Part shown: positions 61,086-64,000 of the stretch, piece after piece
Layout of the letters: the number at the start of each line of letters is the position of its first letter
Numbering within the stretch: the first letter of the stretch is position 1
Assembly: GCA_977016875.1 (NCBI GenBank)
Contig: CDRNST010000053.1
Coordinates: 1,054,001 to 1,118,000 of the forward strand
Length of the DNA stretch: 64,000 bases
Source: Pavona decussata
Lineage: Eukaryota
Direction: 5' to 3'
The notes under the pieces: generated by a model
What the model was told of the DNA's origin: nothing
What the model saw: only the letters and a program-made list of their open reading frames with translations
Database searches by the model: none
Translations under genes and position numbers: made by a program

Positions 61086-61861
61086 ATTTAGTTTATAACA
61101 TCAGCAAATATCGAAAAGGCCATTTTGATAATTAATGCTCCTGCTGTAATCACCTCGCACCAGGTGATTATAGCAGCATATGACGTAATCTTCGACCAAT
61201 GAGATCAATGGAATCTCTATAATCACCTGAGTAATTGTACTAAAAGTTAATTATCCTCTNNNNNNNNNNNNNNNNNNNNNNNNNNNNNNNNNNNNNNNNN
61301 NNNNNNNNNNNNNNNNNNNNNNNNNNNNNNNNNNNNNNNNNNNNNNNNNNNNNNNNNNNNNNNNNNNNNNNNNNNNNNNNNNNNNNNNNGTCATCGCCAA
61401 GTTAAAAGGTAACAGGATCAATAGGCGTTTCCGAGTTCCTTTCAAACGTATTATGAAAGCGAGGCTTCGCACGAAAGTTTTCTCATGAAAATTAGTTATG
61501 TTTGCATATTAAATTAATTTTCACAATAAAAATTATACTCAAAGCCTCTTTTTCATAATGAGTTTCAAGTCCTTGAGATTGGTAGGCTGCATGTTGTGAT
61601 ACTCCCTGATGTAAATGTAAACGTAATTTGTTACGTTTACGCACAGAACACCAAAGAGCTCTTGGAGTTGGAAATGGAAGTGTTGGTTTTTGTAAAAGGA
61701 GGTAAACTGGAGAACTGAAGAATCGAAGATTATTCCTAAACATCAAGAGCCCTAGCAGTCCCTCATGTATCATCCTTTAGAAGGAAATTGTTGTTATGGT
61801 AACGGTTGAATTTTTGCAAAGAAAAATACTGAAAGTAGAAAAGCGTTCAAAGTAATCTTAC

Positions 61862-61980
61862 CAAAAAAGGTGCCACTGCTTCTCCCAGCCAGAAAAAACC
61901 GCTTGTCACCTTCCCACCCTGACGCTCCGTGATCTCCATGCATGATGCTGCAGGCATCTCTGGAACATGTCCTAGTGGAA
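61862..61980 (-). CDS. Gene 4 linker exon
   Basis: Phase 1-0, 119 nt; (V)PLGHVPEMPAASCMEITERQGGKVTSGFFWLGEAVAPFL. Confidence 0.87.
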
Positions 61981-62659
61981 CTTTTATGGAAACAAAATTC
62001 ACTGGTTAAATTGAAAACTTTAGGCACTATGCAAAGGATACACGAAATAACTGAGGGATGTAGCTGTGCTAGAAAGCATCTTGTTGAGTTTTGACATTTC
62101 TATACATTTGTCTATATAGAGAACCAGCCGTGAACTGCTACTAAAAAATATTAATAGTTCGCGGGAAAAAAATACAGGGAAATGTATGGAAAGTTCAAAA
62201 CATGATTGGTCGCTTTCTGGCACAGCTACACCCCTCCAATTTTTTTTTCTTAAAAATCCCTTTCCTAGTACCAAAAGTTCTAAGTCATGAATTTTTCAGA
62301 AGCGATGTTTAGTGAAAATTATTTGACATCGGATTTCCATGCAAACACTTTTATTTTAAGACGTGTTTGTCTAGGCGTCAAAATGGTATTGAAAACCGTG
62401 ATAAGACCTATTCAAGCCAGGGGGTTGGAATCTGGTGTAGTTATAAGCCTAATTACTTAATGCTAGGTGTTCTGTGACGGGCTATCATCCCCTACATGGG
62501 CGAACGAAAATACTGCTTGTTGCTTCATGTTATAGAAACTGGGTTGAGCTACGGCCGGCTATGTTTCCTTCCTAAACTGTGGTTGAAAGTGTTGCTTGAG
62601 TTGAAGAATGTAACCGCAAATGCACTCAGAAGTAGAAACACATGGTAAATTCACTATAC

Positions 62660-62966
62660 CTTTATTGTCCATGGCTTTGTAGAACCTGTAGTCATCTGAG
62701 ACATAATCACTAGGTTTGGCTTCCTTGGTTGTGTTATTGAGTTCGCAGAGCTTTGTTGCCATGACGAAGTTGAAACTCAGGCATCCCTTCTCGTTGTTAC
62801 AGAGGAGTTGGCATTCGTGAGGAGCTTTAACTTGCACAGTGTTAAACGTGTGGCCTCTGAGTGCTTTGCCAAACACTGACTCCTCCGCGGGTTTGCATTG
62901 CTGGTCAGCGCTCTGACTTGTAGATATCCGGGAGATCAAGCAACATGCAAAAACTGTCAAGAACAT
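62660..62966 (-). CDS. Gene 4 exon 1: signal peptide + PAN/apple-like domain
   Basis: 307 nt, phase-1 donor gtatag; spliced product 356 aa. Confidence 0.88.
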
Positions 62967-64000
62967 GTTGCCAAAGGAATGTAGAATCCAGAAAAGTTCT
63001 GAAAGTTGGAGAAAAGTAAACTGTTAGAGCAAGCCAATCAAAAGATAGTGACGCTATTCATAGTTCAAGCTTATCTCGTTTAACTAACACGGGGAAAGCA
63101 TATCAAGCGCGCGGTTAACAAAAGCCCTTTTTTAAGTCTCAAGGTCAGTCAAAGAGACGCAAAAGTTGGAACATTTTCATTTTTTTACTCAGAAGACTCC
63201 AATATGCCGTTTTCAGAAAGGAAACAAACATTTTTTAAACGGTAAATCAAAAGACAAACTTCTAACAAGTACTCGACAGTTTCAGCAGTAAAAATTCGAG
63301 GGCACACGGCGACGAAATTATGATACGAGAAGGGATTGCTGTAGTCTCAAAGCGAGGAGAATCTGTCATGGGTGGATCATAAACCGTCACTGGCGCCGCG
63401 GATTTTATCGAAAATGCTTCAGCACTTCTGGCAATCGCTAAAAATATAGGTTTGATTGTCAGTTATACAGTTTCTCTTTTTACATGTGAATGAACGCTTA
63501 TCTGAATATTTTTTTTATTTAGGAAACCTTTTTGTCTAATGGACATTTAAATTTCCTTGCATTTTCTTCAATGTTTTGGACAAAAACGTTACACGGTGTT
63601 TCTTTCATATCTCGGTCAAATATGAAGAAATTAACATAGGTGGCATTTATATATACAAACATGGAAGCGTAAAAAGGTACATGTGAATTACATTCAAGCA
63701 TTACAACGTAAGAAAATTGGAAATGAAACAAAACGTTTCGCGTGGATAGAGTCCGCTTGAGTGTTTAGTCTTGGTCTTTTCTCTCTCATTATGAGCATTT
63801 TAAACTGACGAAACACTTAAGCTTCGCTCGGCATTTCTTTCTTTCTCTCCTCCTTGAAAGCTTTCCAATTACGGCTTGTTTATGTTCCTCTGCAAGCTGG
63901 TGGCACATGTAACCGATATAATTTGCATCAAGCAAATCACATGTTAGTTCACACATGTTTGGGTTAAAAAAGAGAGGCTTTAATTCCGTTTCTCTTAGGT

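Larger units (their letters stand above)
49159..63195. repeat. Tandem segmental duplication, unit B
   Basis: Colinear with 30251-42230 plus unit-specific insertions (RTE, Kolobok-type element, tandem repeats). Confidence 0.9.

Overview
Eukaryotic, AT-rich, intron-containing animal DNA with five N-gaps. The repeat families and gene types suggest a cnidarian, probably a stony coral (inference). The core of the window is a minus-strand tandem cluster of secreted modular proteins: signal peptide + PAN/apple-like domain (+ EGF + calcium-binding EGF in one gene) + a ~215-aa Cys/Gly/Trp-rich C-terminal domain resembling the fibrinogen-related/intelectin fold. I reconstructed these by hand from GT-AG sites and intron phases. 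Gene 1 (13174-19076) lacks an identified first exon. Genes 2 (36271-41992, 359 aa) and 4 (59174-62966, 356 aa) are complete paralogs. Gene 3 (47652-50674) lacks the linker exon. There is also an orphan 5' half (30855-31366) and two 3'-end relics. A ~12-14 kb block is tandemly duplicated (about 30250-42230 and 49160-63200). Mobile DNA includes a young full-length BEL/Pao LTR retrotransposon (2769-10179, 278-bp LTRs, CTTAT TSD). Its primer-binding site is complementary to its own LTR rather than a tRNA, the geometry of Tf1-type self-priming. Also present: a decayed Gypsy element, an internally deleted hAT with 5-bp TSD, a Kolobok-type element (TTAA TSD) with a THAP ORF and a P2X7-ballast-like ORF, self-nested Harbinger-type MITEs, LINE/RTE/Penelope fragments, tRNA-derived repeats, hairpin elements and micro/minisatellites. 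No rRNA, bona fide tRNA or CRISPR array is supported. All coordinates and alignments were done by eye.
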